Shown: positions 40,489 through 55,649, numbered from the stretch's first letter. The stretch is 64,000 nucleotides of DNA from Octopus sinensis (GCF_006345805.1 NC_042997.1:28830001-28894000), one strand, 5' to 3'. Notes: a model not told the origin generated them from the letters alone. Numbers and translations: made by a program.

Positions 40489-40656
40489 GCAATCAAACCC
40501 ATACATGCTGACAAGAAGGTAATCGCCCGATAAACAGCAGTTCTTATTTCTAACAATGTAGGTGTTTGTAAAACCGTCAATCATAATTAATGACTTTCTT
40601 GAGCACACATTTCCTACTGCTCTTTATTTTAATTATATGTGTATGTGTATGTGTGT

Positions 40657-40689
<33 letters not shown>

Positions 40690-40767
40690 CAGTGTGTGTA
40701 GATAGATAAATAAATACATACATATATGTATACACACATATACCATATCGCATAGTAGATTGATGTG

Positions 40768-41103
<336 letters not shown>

Positions 41104-41719
41104 CACACGCATTACATATTACTGTGATTATGTATGTATCGTGTGCGTGTTTGCGTGTTTACATTTGTGATTTCGGAATTAAGAAGCTATTGCCAAATTT
41201 GCAATGATTCATTTAAGATTCAGTTTATCCTTCCTGCAAAATTTAAAGAGTTTAATATAATTGCACATTTAAGTAAACTGACGTTTTACTTCAATGTTAT
41301 TAGACCCGACTGTCTAAGTAATCGATTATACGGTTCTTTGTGCGTGATTTAGGCAATAAGAATATTGGTGGTGTGGAATTTGTCTCTAATTTACTTAGGA
41401 ACGGAATATTTTATCTGCCACAAGTGAGAAATAATACTGCATCTTTCTACGCTGCTGATATTTTATAAGGTATATTATACCTTAATCTCAATAACAAATT
41501 TCAGTTAAACAATAATGGCATCTGAACTTACATGGACAGTGTTATTTGTAAGATGCTTTGAATGTTGGAGTTGAATACATAACCTGCTGCTTACTGAAAT
41601 GCTGCACGTCTTCTACAATTTCTCTTTCTAGTTATGAGACAATTCTTTTACATTATCCAAGCATCTGAAAGATTATGTTTTATATGTCTGTGTGTATGAC
41701 TATCATGAAACATATTTCC

Positions 41720-42420
41720 TGCCTACCAGAATTCCGTGTCACGCTGCATGGATGAACTGGCAAAATTACTAATGAATGTTTGGTGGACAAGAACGGGAAC
41801 GTTGACTACGAAGTGGGGCGAGAGGAAGCTAACACTGAATGATATATAGGAGTTTCCTATGCATTTCGGCCACACTCTTCTACTCTCCGGTCATTAACGA
41901 GCGTTTGCCTTTGCAGTTTCTATGGATGTGGACGAGTTCCGATTCATTCGAACAAAATAATACTGCATGAGAGGATTGATATTCAATTACTAATGATTTG
42001 GAGTCATGCACTGAGGTTGCGACCTCTCAGACGCTTCCCGTTTGTGAATAGTTAAGAAGCACACTTTCTTCTCATAGCTCGTCTCTTTCATAGAGCTGTT
42101 ATACTGAATTTATCGTATATCGATACAAGATGCCAGAAGCTAGAATGTCGTTAGGCACTCACCGACATCCACCAGGTTGGCAACGTGTTCAATAGGGGAT
42201 TAAGGAGAGTGGGGAAACAATCTCGTAAGCGTTCATACTTTGCTCGAATATTTCTGGCTTGTTGAGTAATGTCAAACAACATTTGGTGCTAATAGGTTGG
42301 GTCCTGCTATCGACCGACACCTTTGTAAAGATCCCCTCTTTACCGTAAATTGGCCGGGAAGAGCTGGCAATTTTCCTATATCGGGTGGTTATAGATTAAG
42401 AACTCGTCTAGTGGACGGCA
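41720..42420 (-). mobile_element. Possible decayed LTR-retrotransposon gag fragment
   Basis: Elevated GC; weak relics such as DILASG; no decisive motif. Confidence 0.2.
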
Positions 42421-42534
42421 CTGAAATGACTCTAGACCTTATTTACTTAAAATAGAAGTTGATATTTTTTCGCCTCATGCATTTGTACATCATTATATCA
42501 AACGCGGTTACAGTGAATCACGATTAAAGTAAAT

Positions 42535-43560
42535 AGCAAATGAAATAGCTAAAATTAGCATAGATAGTTAAACCTTCACGCATAATTTTAGCAAACACAA
42601 TACAATAGATGAAAGAATCCCTTTAGTGATTAACTGGCATTTCAAAAGTGGTGCATGAAAGTTACCAGCATGTGGCGAAAAGTATCCTCGTTTCAAACAG
42701 ATATTTCCTCTGCCGCCTATTGTAGCCTTTAGGCGGAATAAGAATATAAGAGAATTATTGACCTCTATTTCTGACTCCAAGAAAACGAAGATTGGAGTAT
42801 CTGCACGCTGTACCTTGAAAAACAACTGGAAGATAGTTAAGCCTTGTTCATTGTGCAACAACAGGAGTCAAAGGAATTCCACCAGGAATCATAACAGAAA
42901 TGTTATGGTTTGTACAGAAGGTGGGACATGTAGAGATTCCCGTTTGATGTACGCGGCAGAATGCACGAAACACAATTTGATTTATGTTGGTTATACAACA
43001 GATCAATTAAACAAAACATTTAATGGGCACAGATCCGACGTCAAGCACAATACAAATAGTTCGACAGAACTTGCCGAACATTCTGTTTCAAACGGCTGTA
43101 ATTGTGAAAACAAGACTTGAAAGTACATATTCTCACAAAAAATTGTGAATCTGCTTCAGTTTCACTTCTCAGAATGCACGAGGAGAAAGTTGTTTGCGGG
43201 TTATTAAGATCACGTCCTGAAGAAATGAATATGACAGGAGAATATCATCAATTTTATACAAAACTGTATGAGTAAACATTCTTCTTTTCCCTTTTTTTGT
43301 TTCTTTCTTCTTTTTGTGTTTTTTCTATGTTTTTCTTGTCGCTTCTTATAAAATTGAAATATAAAGACTGATAATTGATTCCATCAATGTGTGGACGCTG
43401 GTTGCTCTCGTTCAATCATTAAATTTAAATTTCTATATTTTTTAATTTTTATCATTTCTTATTTTGAACTTGACAAAGACAGACTTACTGTCGAAATATC
43501 GTTCAACCAATAAAATATCTATTACAATCGCTCTCTTCGTCTTGATCGTTAACCTTTGTG
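42535..43560 (+). mobile_element. Penelope-like element 3' part: RT thumb/linker, GIY-YIG endonuclease (to about 43275) and 3' pLTR
   Basis: DERIPLVINWH, KQIFPLPPIVAFRRNKNIRELL, PCSLC, LMYAAECTKHNLIYVGYTTDQLNKTFNGHRSDV, ELAEH; hammerhead downstream. Confidence 0.9.
43464..43506 (+). ncRNA. Minimal hammerhead ribozyme, U3-A8 variant, in the Penelope 3' pLTR
   Basis: UUGAAC-UUGACAA-A-GACAG(ACUUA)CUGUC-GAAA-UAU-C^GUUCAA; 6-bp stem I, palindromic stem III AUAU; predicted cleavage after 43500. Confidence 0.75.
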
Positions 43561-43584
43561 AAGAGTTATGTCAATCCTTTTAAA

Positions 43585-43730
43585 ATGCAACAACAAAAAC
43601 AACAGCACCAATAATAATGATACTAATAATAATAATAGCAACAACAATAATAATAATTATCATCGTCATCATCATCATTATTGTTGTTGTTGCTGTTGTT
43701 TTTGCTGCTGGTGATGCTGTTGATGTTGCC
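43585..43730. repeat. Mixed trinucleotide repeat (CAA/TAA/CAT/TGT)
   Basis: Direct reading. Confidence 0.85.
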
Positions 43731-44244
43731 ATGCACGATAACTGGTTTAACCATGCTTAAATTCAGTTTTGGAAAGTTTAAATACTGACTGACGTCTTTA
43801 CCCTTTAACGAAATACTGGTGAGTTGCTTTCCGTTTAAGTAACATCTTTTGTTAGGGGAATTGTACATTTACGATTTGCATTGTTTGGGATATTTGTTTT
43901 ACTCTTCCAGTTTTATTTATAGCCTAAGTCATGGAAAAAATACATCAGTGAGAGAAGAAGAGAACGTGAAGTGAGCACCCATAGTGTTGTGGCGGGTTGG
44001 AAGATTTACATTCTAAATAAGGTTTTTACTCTATACGTGTCGTATGAGAGCGAAGGAGACATGAACAGTGATAACAACAAGACTAAAACAGCATAACAGT
44101 TTTTAAGAAGATCATCAACAACAAAACGGGAATATGCAATATAAATTTTAATTAAGTCAAGAGCTTTGTTCTATAGATTGGATGTAGGATGTAGGATTTG
44201 ATAAATATTTCCCTGCATTTATCACCCTTGAAAACGATTTTTAG

Positions 44245-44575
44245 AACCACGGGTCGGACCACGTCGCTGTATTGACTTCGCGGCTACGTCCACGTGTACG
44301 TGGGCGACACCGCGAGCTTCGGTTCGTTTTTTACGATATCCACGTCGCTGTATCGACCGCTTGTATCTCGTGACAGCCTTCGGGCATCGGTCGCGGGTAC
44401 GTCCACGTGTACGTGGGTGATACCGCGAGCTTCGGTTCGTTCTTTCAATATCGGGCACGGTCGCGCGGAGGAGCACCGGGCAACCGGCGCAGGCCAGCCC
44501 GTGGCGGTCCCACGGTGCGTAGACGAACGGGGAAAGCAAGGTGGCGTGAGCTGTGTGCAGTGCAGCATACGCAGA
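44245..44575. other. GC/CpG-rich island with a duplicated hairpin unit, origin unknown
   Basis: Units start at 44259 and 44340; ccacgt(gt)acgtgg and gagc(ttcg)gttc hairpins each occur twice. Confidence 0.8.
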
Positions 44576-45378
44576 TACCTTTTCGCAATATCTTATGATA
44601 ATATATATCAGCTATTGGGAGAATATCAGAAAAAAAAACGCAAGGTACAATAATGTGACAGGTAGTATTTTTGATGAATTCAGCTTTTAGTCATCATAGC
44701 ATATTAAACATATTTCGATTATTTGAGCACTAATAAGCAGAGATATTTCATGTGTAACTGACGTGTAATGAATAATCAAGCCTCATTCCATAGCTCTACT
44801 GTTCACAGTTGAAGAGCTGCATCTATACAGATCAAAGTTGAAGCCTTCCATCGAGGAAATTCATCGAGATTAACTTAAAAGTTAGTTTATAATACTCAAT
44901 ACTGAAAGTGAATAAGGAAATAAAACGTGGAACGGCGACTTTAACAAGGTACATGTATCTGCTTCCTCAAATATAAGAAATACACAATTTTCCTCTAGAA
45001 ATTGACAAATAATTCTGAACTAAATTCTTATCACAGGATTTTAAGATTTGGAGACGTATGTATATTCTCGGAAATAATGTCCAAAATGTTATTTGGATGT
45101 GACACCATTGCAGCAAGTAACAGATATAAATGTTGTCATGCAGCATGGAATCAAGAATATTTAATTTCTACTTGTGCAATGAAGATACTAGGTTTTATTT
45201 CATAAACTTCGCTTGTTCTGTTATCGCTCAATTCAACTTCCTAATATTGTATTGTATATATTAGAGAAATATAGATATAGATATACCAGATTAAATGTCA
45301 CATAATCATCCTTTAGCGAATAAATTCTCCCTGGAATACACAATTCATCGTGTCATTATTCATTTTTTATTTAATGTA

Positions 45379-45597
45379 CAATAATCCCTCACCATATCGC
45401 GGTTCACCTATCCCGGTTTATTATTTAGGGTTACGTCGAATTTACTGTGCTTTTGTTTTGCATTTATAAGAAAAAATATATATACAGATGATAAAAATAA
45501 TTTTAAAATACAGTACAACGCTGTTTTTACTTCTCGGATTTTATCCTATTACAGGAGATTTGGGAACGTAATACCCGCGATAGTCGAGGGATTATTA
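45379..45597. mobile_element. Tigger/pogo-type MITE
   Basis: TIRs caataatccctcaccatatcgcgg / ccgcgatagtcgagggattatta with TA on both sides. Confidence 0.75.
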
Positions 45598-46971
45598 TAT
45601 ATTGAAGAGGGATGTAGTAGAGACTGAATGATATTTATCATCATTGTTTAGTTGTAAATCATGTGATCATGATTATATGTGTAAAATGAAGCCTGGCAAA
45701 TATTTCCTCTGCAAAAAATATACGCATCTTTATCTAACTTCCTATATAAACAATAAAAATGTCATGATTACAGAAACGTTATATGATACCCATTATATTC
45801 CGAATATGAAATCTTGAGATATGCCCACATCAGAAAACACGGGACACAAATCCTTTCAACGGTCACATATTTTATACGCAACGCATTACGTATCCACATA
45901 AGCCTATACTAATACCATAGTGAAAACGAGCGATGCATATATTACTTCACCGCATAGCTTTAGGCAACTCAGTGGTTAGCGATTTCAGGGACATATTTAT
46001 CTTTAGAGACTGTGGACTAATTTAATTTTGAAAATGTCAAAGTAGGTTGCAATAGCCTTATATATTAAATTCAATGGTAACTACCCGCACTAAAAATACA
46101 TAAGAAAATTCTACTGAACGGTTGGTGTTACACGTATTTACACACATTTTTGTGCTAATCAAAGAAAGTTGGCATATACAAAATATAAAGAAAAGTAATT
46201 CATATATTTATGGCAGGCTTCTAAATTATGAATTCTATGTGTGTGTGTTTGTATTTTCAAGTGTCAGAAATGGTAGTGTGATACTAAAAGAAACACTGAA
46301 ATTGTTAAATTGATAGAATTCTGTTAAATTGATTGAATATATCAATAAGCCTGCTAGTGATATGGTTGCAGCCAAATTACATTCCAGTAAGAGTTACTGC
46401 CATTTGTTACAAATTGCTCGTCCTCTGAATTTAGAAAAGTATCAGTAGCAAACATAATTTTAATACTTGATATCCGCTCTGTTTCACTACTTTTGAGCAA
46501 AGACAGTAAATTAGCAAACACACTGTAATGATATATTTTAAGTTATACCTACGTTCTTCGTCCAAATCAAGTTCAGAAGGAGTTTCACTTCCACCCATTC
46601 AAGAGTCGATAACATAATCACAAGTTATAATCAACTCGTCCAAAAATATGTAGCCTTAAACATGTGATAGATTTCACGTTGTGCCAAAATATATGCGAAA
46701 TTACATTTTAAAAGTAATTCATGTTATAGGAATACATTTATAACTTTGATTTTTTGTGCATATCTGAGAACGATATCTATATATCATAAGGCTGATGAGG
46801 ACCACACAATTATGCCATGCTTACTTTAAATTTGGTAACATACTGCATGTCTAATGGTCGATATACAGAAGATATTCTTAATGATCACCATTCAAAGAAA
46901 ATTTCCATGTCATTTACGCATTTATTATTATTGTTTCTTGCATCTCGAAAGAAGTATTTCATCATATCCCC

Positions 46972-47019
46972 CTCTTTCTTTCTCTCTTTCTCTCTCTTTC
47001 TGTCTCTGCATGCATATAT

Positions 47020-47111
<92 letters not shown>

Positions 47112-47140
47112 TTATGTATGCATGCATGTATGTACACATG
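46972..47140. repeat. Compound (CT)/(TACA)/(CA)n/(TA)n microsatellite
   Basis: Direct reading. Confidence 0.95.
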
Positions 47141-48482
47141 TACGAGCATACTACTTTTTGTGAAGTACCCTGCAATTATTTCTTTCAAACTATGAAAGGA
47201 ATATAGTCCATTGTACGAAATAAGTGTTATTTAGACAAAAAATTAAATCTCCTACCAATCTCGGTTTTCAATTCATGATCAATTGTTCTTCAATTATACG
47301 TTTATTTGGAAGCATTAATTGAAATTGAATATATCATTCTTTCTTTTCTTTCTTTTGAAAGACTGAAACACCCAAAAGTTTGAGATCGTTATGCTGAAGC
47401 TAAAACCCTTAAAGTTGCACATACTTTCAATTGGCAATCAGGCCTGAGAGAATTATTTTTCTTTATGTTGTTATCATACACTGATATTTGTAAATGATTG
47501 ATCTGATGCTGTGCAGTGAGTCAATCAGCTAGAAATTATAGCCTCAGCGCTTCAAATCATACAGTGCTAATTTTCCAAAAATTGACGTGACTTTGAAAAC
47601 GAAGGTTGGGTTCATATGCAAATAAAAAAAAAAAGAATTTAAAAAATTCTAAAAGTACTGTATCGCCACAAACCTTTAATCAGACGTTTACCAGAGTAGT
47701 TTAGTAATAGAAAATAAAAAAAAGGAAGCTGTCGAAAACTGAAAACTATTTCAAATAATTGCGTTATAGATGCTATGCGCTATTCAAATATAGAGGATGA
47801 GCAATTTCATAGGGGTTACAATCTACCCTTTTTCGCTTGGTTTTAATCACTAAATCTTCTGACATATGGTAACAACACTATTACTTTGAAAATACCCAAG
47901 ATTTGGGTATTTGTCAAATATTCTCAATAAACTTTAGAGAATCCCCTCGGCTCGGAAGCGAAACTTGTGAATGTATCTGTGATTACTGTGTCGTTATGAA
48001 TATATTTGTGATTACTCTATGTATCTTTTACCATCCTAAGCATGTTCCAACACGTAATGCTCTATAGATGAAATGATATATCGAATAATATTTGTCACTT
48101 ATTTTACTATTGAAGCTAATTTATTTAAATATCCACTATTCGAAATATGTCTATTAATATTATTTTGCAGAAAATATTTGGAAATGTCAAGAGTTGTAAT
48201 AATGTCAAATTTTATATTATTTCTCTTATAAGATAAAATTCATATATATTCCATACTCCTGTTAGCAACATCTGTTTTTTTCTTTATTTTTTCACCGATA
48301 AATATTTTAATTCTATAAGCAATTCTGAAATTGAAGTAAACGGTGCTCTAGAATTCTGCTTTCGATGACACTTTATGGGCAAAATAGAAGTACATATAAA
48401 TGCAAATCTATATTTACTAAGTTTATTAAATTCTTTAATTCTAAGCATATAAAAAAGTAAGTTAAAATTTGCTACATTGAAA

Positions 48483-48660
48483 GGCGGCGTGGAGTTGGGC
48501 AGAGGTATTAGCACACCGTGCTAATACAGCATTTTTCAAATTCCTGCGCCCATCATCTTTACGAGGGTGGATAATATAACAACCAGTTGAGTACTGGGTC
48601 GAATTAATCGACGTATACCCTCTCCCATAATTTCTGGCCTTGAGGTAACATTAGAAATTG
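48483..48660 (+). mobile_element. SINE family C, deleted and diverged
   Basis: ggcggcgtggagttgggcagaggtattagcac...accagttgagtactgggtcgaattaatcgac. Confidence 0.6.
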
Positions 48661-49042
48661 ATATTAACTGTCTTATATAGATTCTTCCTACAGATGTCAT
48701 GAATCCCTGTTGATAAACATATCCTACTAATTTTTTCCCTATATTGCATTACATATTGGAAATATCCAATTTTTAAAAAAAATATATTGTCATGCTCTTT
48801 GAGCTTTAGGTATATTTATTGTTCTTTGTGAATATTTGCAGAATTCAATTTTATTAAAATATTTTATTTATTCCATTAAACAGCATATAAAGTTAGATCT
48901 AAGCACTAAGTAATTATTTGTAATTACTCACCGAAACATATCTACACACGGGCCCCAATATTTAAATCGATATTTCAGGCATGGTATTCTGCTATTTGTC
49001 TAACACATTATTACTGCAAAAATTTTACCAATCATGGAATCT

Positions 49043-49073
<31 letters not shown>

Positions 49074-49160
49074 CAACCACACACACACCACACCACACAC
49101 ACACACACAAGCACACACACACCACACCACACACACACACACATACACACACACACATAC

Positions 49161-50621
<1,461 letters not shown>

Positions 50622-50829
50622 TTTACCATGCTAATGTCATATCATGAAATTAATCTATTAGCTATATATTTACAAACGACAAAAGCACTGAATATACACT
50701 ATGCGTCACGTTTTCATATTATTTTTATGTAATTAGGAATAGATATGCTCACTAATGAAAAGTTGTATTTAAACAAATAATTGTTACAAATAATTTTTAG
50801 AATACTTTTATCACACCTATTTAATGTAT

Positions 50830-51800
50830 CTACCAATAGTATAAGTGGCTGCTACAATACGAGGTCCAAAGCATTGGTATAACACGATTTTTATCAACTT
50901 TGGCAGACGTAAGTATTCAATGTGGCAGACGTAAAAGATTTTCCGGTGTTACAGGGCATTCACTGACATCCCTGTGGACTACACCCCATACTTAATAGTC
51001 CAGTGTATTGAGGTCCTGTGAAATACGATGCTATGTGTGGGAGAACGTGACCATGAACGTTGGCTCGCATTCACATTCGGGTTCTCCTATACATCGGGAA
51101 CGGCTCAGTGTCATGTGTGAAAACACGGTGTCTCCGGTTGCGTACCCTTTCTGTCGGGAGCTTCATGACCGCTGGAGACGGTGACATTGATCTTAAACCA
51201 TGTGAAAGAAACGGAGGAAGCACTCAGCCTCCGTCGTTTGTGAGGATTCCTTCACTGTTGCTGGGACCATTGTATGCGCGATCTCAGAAACTCACTCGGG
51301 TTTCTGCTTAGACATATATCGTTCTTTCAGTTTACACTTTGACCTTGACCGAAGCTGTCTCATCGGAGAATAACCACAGAATTATTTTTCCTTAGTAGCT
51401 TAACTTTCTTAGTAATAGCTTTGCACGTATCGAGCGTTTCTCTCTTGCCACACCCGTCATAACTTGACCCCTCCACATCACATACAATTTGTACCGGATG
51501 TACTCATTCACCATCCTTCAGACTGTAAAATTCTGAAGACTTGAGGTCATTGGCAATGGCTCTGATTGACTTCACGGTGTTTTCGATTGGACCTTTTCTA
51601 TCATGGTATGTCTGCTGATGGTATTAAGAGCTTAAGACTATGTACAAGCATCTTCCGTTTAACTAATACTGGATCCACGTCAACAGCTTCCACCTCCTAC
51701 GAAATGAATGGGAATCTTTCTGGAAGCGATCTATATATATATGCTGCACTTACAACAGTCATTTTCCAAGAATACAACGTGCCTTTTCCTCTGATGATTC
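50830..51800 (-). mobile_element. Decayed Tc1/mariner-superfamily transposase, maT (DD37D)-like
   Basis: Minus-strand WLFSDET, PPFLSHGLR, VFTHDTEP (cf. FQQDSAP), SQDLNTLDY*VWGVV. Confidence 0.65.
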
Positions 51801-52911
51801 AACTTGATATTTGAAATCATTTATATCATTTCTCTGAAAATTAAAGGGAATTATAAGTTAGAATGATATTCAAACTCTTGAAAGAGGTGTCCTCAAAAAT
51901 CTAATCCAACTTGTACATATGTCGAGAGAAATAGAAACACTAATATAAAACACGGAAGAGAAAAAGAGTATAACACTGATTATAGTACTAGAAATGGAGG
52001 AAGAAATGTGATGTAATATAAGAGAGTTACTAGCTTACAATATGTTGGGAAAAAGGAATGTTATACAACAATTTGGTGGTTGTGGTATTCCTGGAAAAGT
52101 TACAGGTTTTGAAACCAGGATGCAATCAAGTCTAAACATGAGAAAAGTAAATACCTGAGAGAGATAAATTTAAGTACATAAATTATATGAGCAAATTACT
52201 AGATAGGTCATTTTATTGATAGATAGGAAACAATAAAATGCTGTATTCGAGTATAGGCCATGTTAATATGAGTATATAAATATTCCGAAACAGATATATG
52301 CCAAGAAGTACGCTGGAGAAGAAAAAAGGGACATTTGGAGTTGATGTCAAATGCTTTACTTTTAAAGAGGGAATATTGCGAAATACAGAAATGAATTAGC
52401 ACTTAATTTAAAATGTTACCTGATATAGATGAAAGCAAATTAAAGAATGTGGAGGTTGATGCTGTTGTACTGAAGAAAAACCATACCGTATACTGAAAAG
52501 AACTCCATGCATAAAGCACTATATAAACTTGTTCCTTTTCTCCCTAACAATATTACATTGGCTTTTTAAAATATCATTATTATTAAAATATCATTATGTT
52601 TACATTATTCCATTTATTTCCATTCTATAGTTTATCTTTTAAATGGTATATCTAGTAACATTGTGCTTCTTGTATATCATTCTTCCACACAAAGGTATTT
52701 CTTTATTTCCTGCTATCTTTCTCTCTTGAAGTCTTTATTAAATGATTTTCAGTTCATTTCAGTTTCCAAAATACTTCGTTTTTTTTTTGGTGTGTTCATA
52801 ACTAGTATTGCTAACTATCTTTTACTACTTCCAGTTAATTTCCTACCAGCATTTCTGTTTACCTGCTAATCTGTTAGAAGTTAGAAGGTTTTCCACTACA
52901 CTTAATATTCG

Positions 52912-53095
52912 TTTCAAATTTTGGCTGAAGACCAACAATTTCGACTCCAGTTTTCAACTAGTATTTATTTTATCGACTCCGAAAGGACGAAGGGCAATAA
53001 CGGCCACGGCGGCATGTGAACTCTGAACGTAAGAACAGATGAAAATCTCCTAAGCACTACGCTTGGCGTGCTAAGAATTTTGCAGCCCACCGCCA
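52912..53095 (-). mobile_element. SINE family C
   Basis: ttatcgactccgaaaggacgaagggc...gtgctaagaattttgcagcccaccgcc. Confidence 0.75.
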
Positions 53096-53118
53096 TCTGC
53101 TTATCATTATTTATTTAA

Positions 53119-53850
53119 TGCGGCTAGCTGGCAGAAACGTTAGCACGCCGGGCGAAATACTTAGCGGTATTTCGTCTGCAGTTACGTTCTGAGTTGAAAT
53201 TCCGCCGAGGTCGACTTAGCCTTTTAATCTTTCGGGGGTCGATAAATTAAATACCAGTTACGCACTGGGGTCGATGTAATCGACTTAATCCGTTTGTCTG
53301 TCCTTGTTTGTCGTCTCCCGGTTTAGCCCCTTGTGGGTAGTAAAGAAATAGGTATTTCGTCTACCGCTACGTTCTGAGTTCAAATTAGACCGAGGTTGAC
53401 TTTGCCTTTCATCCTTTCGGAGTCGATTAAATAAGTACAGGTTACGCACTGGGGTCGATATAATCGACTTAATCCGTTTGTCTGTCTTTGTTTGTCCTCT
53501 CTGTTTATTTAGCCCCCTGTGGGTAGTATAGAAATAGGTATTTCGTCTGCCGCTACGTTCTGAGTTCAAATTTCTCTGAGGTCGACTTTGCCTTTCATCC
53601 TTTCCGGGTCGATTAAATAAGTACCAATTACGCACTGGGGTTGATATAATCGACATAATCCGTTTGTATGTCCTGTTTCGTCCACTCTGTGTTTAGTCCC
53701 TTGTGGGTAGTAAATAAATAGGTATGTCATCTGTCTTTACGTTCTGAATTCAAATTCCGCCGAGGTCAGTTTTCCCTATCATCCTTATGGGATTGATAAA
53801 TTAAGTACCAGTTGCGTACTGGGGTCGCTCTAATCTACTGGCCCACTCCC
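53119..53850 (+). mobile_element. SINE family C, tetrameric array of about 185-bp units
   Basis: ggtatttcgtct-like unit starts at 53166, 53351, 53537, 53721; head only on the first unit. Confidence 0.9.
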
Positions 53851-53856
53851 CCAATA

Positions 53857-54062
53857 GTTGGCAGAATTGTTAGCCCGCCGGGCAAAATCCTTAATGGCAC
53901 TTCGTCTGTCATTACTCTGTTGGTTCGAATTCCACCGCGAGCAAATTTACCCGTTATCCTCTCGGGGCCGATGAAATACACTCCATTTGAGCATCGGTTA
54001 GACGTGATCGACTTGTCACCATACTTCAACTTACTGACCTTGCGCCAAAAGTTGAACCCAAA
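53857..54062 (+). mobile_element. SINE family C, older monomer
   Basis: gttggcagaattgttagcccgccgggc...ggttcgaattcc...tgatcgact. Confidence 0.7.
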
Positions 54063-54648
54063 TATTAATATTCGCTTGTTTTGAAGTCTTTGAGAGGGAA
54101 TTGATTTGTCTGTATGCATTTGTCTTTCAATTTCAAAAATCAACAAAATGGCAGCTTGCTTTACATGTATTTACTCATTAAATTTCACTTTATGATTATA
54201 CAAACTTCGCTATGCAAATTTGGAGATGTTTTTCGTTCTATATTCACAACAAATCATAGTTATTTGCATTGCCCTATTAGCATTATTTTTTACTTCATTT
54301 TCATTAGCTCAATTCATTTCAGTTTATGCTATATCTCTTTTTTCTCTTTTCCCAATAAAATTTCCATTCTTATATTTTTCCACTTGGCACATGACTCTTT
54401 TCACTGATAATTCGAGAACATGCGTATATTGTTAATATACCTGAGAATCTTTATTGTTAGAATAATTTTATATGTCTTTGTAGAATACATCTCCATTTTT
54501 TATTTACTGGTTATTATATAACATTCTGTCAGTATTAGACACGTTATCATTGAAAATTTTACGAGATTTGGAAAATGTAACTGTTTTAATTTGACATATT
54601 AACTCAGATGATGGAATAAATGGAACTTTTTAATCTACTAGCAAGAAA

Positions 54649-55051
54649 TCTTTATATATAAAAGAAAGGTTGTGTGTCTGTCTACTCCGATTTAGATTCC
54701 TAACTACTCCCACATTTTGCGATGCAGTTTAACCAAAACCGGGTATTTTATAGTCGTGATTCATATCGAGCCCTTCTGGGTATTAGCGCGCGTCTACGAT
54801 GAGTCTACGATTTTAAAAATAATTTACCATCATTTTTTTCCATTTTAATGTTAATGCATTTTTTCGCTATTATATAAGGGAAGTACCTCTCTAAAATGTC
54901 TACGATGAGTCAACAATTTAAAAAAAAAATTTACCATATTTTTTTTTTCCATTTTTAATGCATTTTTTGCTATTTTTTGGCTATAACTCTCTAAAAATGC
55001 TTTATAGTTATTTCCCTTACAAACCCGAGCAATGCCGGGCGATACTGCTAG
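54649..55051 (+). mobile_element. Non-autonomous Helitron (403 bp)
   Basis: A|TC start (tctttatatataaaag), 3' hairpin cccgagcaatgccggg, CTAG|T end, no TSD; internal duplication of about 105 bp starting gtctacgatgagtc. Confidence 0.85.
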
Positions 55052-55221
55052 TATCAAATATAACTGCGCTTTCACTTTCGGTTTCAGTATTTTTGTTGTA
55101 AACTGAGTAAAAGTTTTTATCTGAAAAATTAAGACAAATGTACGCTTATCCACTTAAATATTATAGAACGAAAGAGCGCAACAAAATTATCTTTAAAAAA
55201 TGTAGAAACGATACTTTTAAT

Positions 55222-55428
55222 ACTCTTTACTCTTTTACTCTTTTACTTGTTTCAGTCATTTGACTGCTGCCATGCTGGAGCACCGCCTTTAATCGAGCAA
55301 CTCGACCCCAGTACTTATTCTATCGGTCTATTTTGCCGAACCGCTAAGTGACGGGGACGTAAACACACCAGCATCGGTTGTCAAGCAATGCTAGGGGGGA
55401 CAAACACACTCACACAAACACACACACG

Positions 55429-55466
<38 letters not shown>

Positions 55467-55649
55467 ATATACATATACATATATACGACGGGCTTCTTTC
55501 AGTTTCCGTCTACCAAATCCACTCACAAGGCTTTGGTCGGCCCGAGGCTATAGTAGAAGACACTTGCCCAAAGTGACACGCAGTGGGACTGAACCCGGGA
55601 CCATGTGGTTGGTAAACAAGCTACTTACCACACAGCCACCCCTGCGCCT
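55222..55649 (-). mobile_element. Full-length SINE family A
   Basis: Reverse complement of 22763-23165; tail (tactcttt)n; internal (CA)/(TA) tract. Confidence 0.9.

Noticed and set aside
46785-46820. CUGAUGA motif (similar heptamers at 14991, 16421 and 51790)
   Set aside because: No stem II + GAAA + NUH + stem I arrangement; chance heptamers.
53119-53850. Regularly spaced repeats as a CRISPR or tRNA gene array
   Set aside because: Whole units are homologous with no unique spacers and match dispersed SINE copies.
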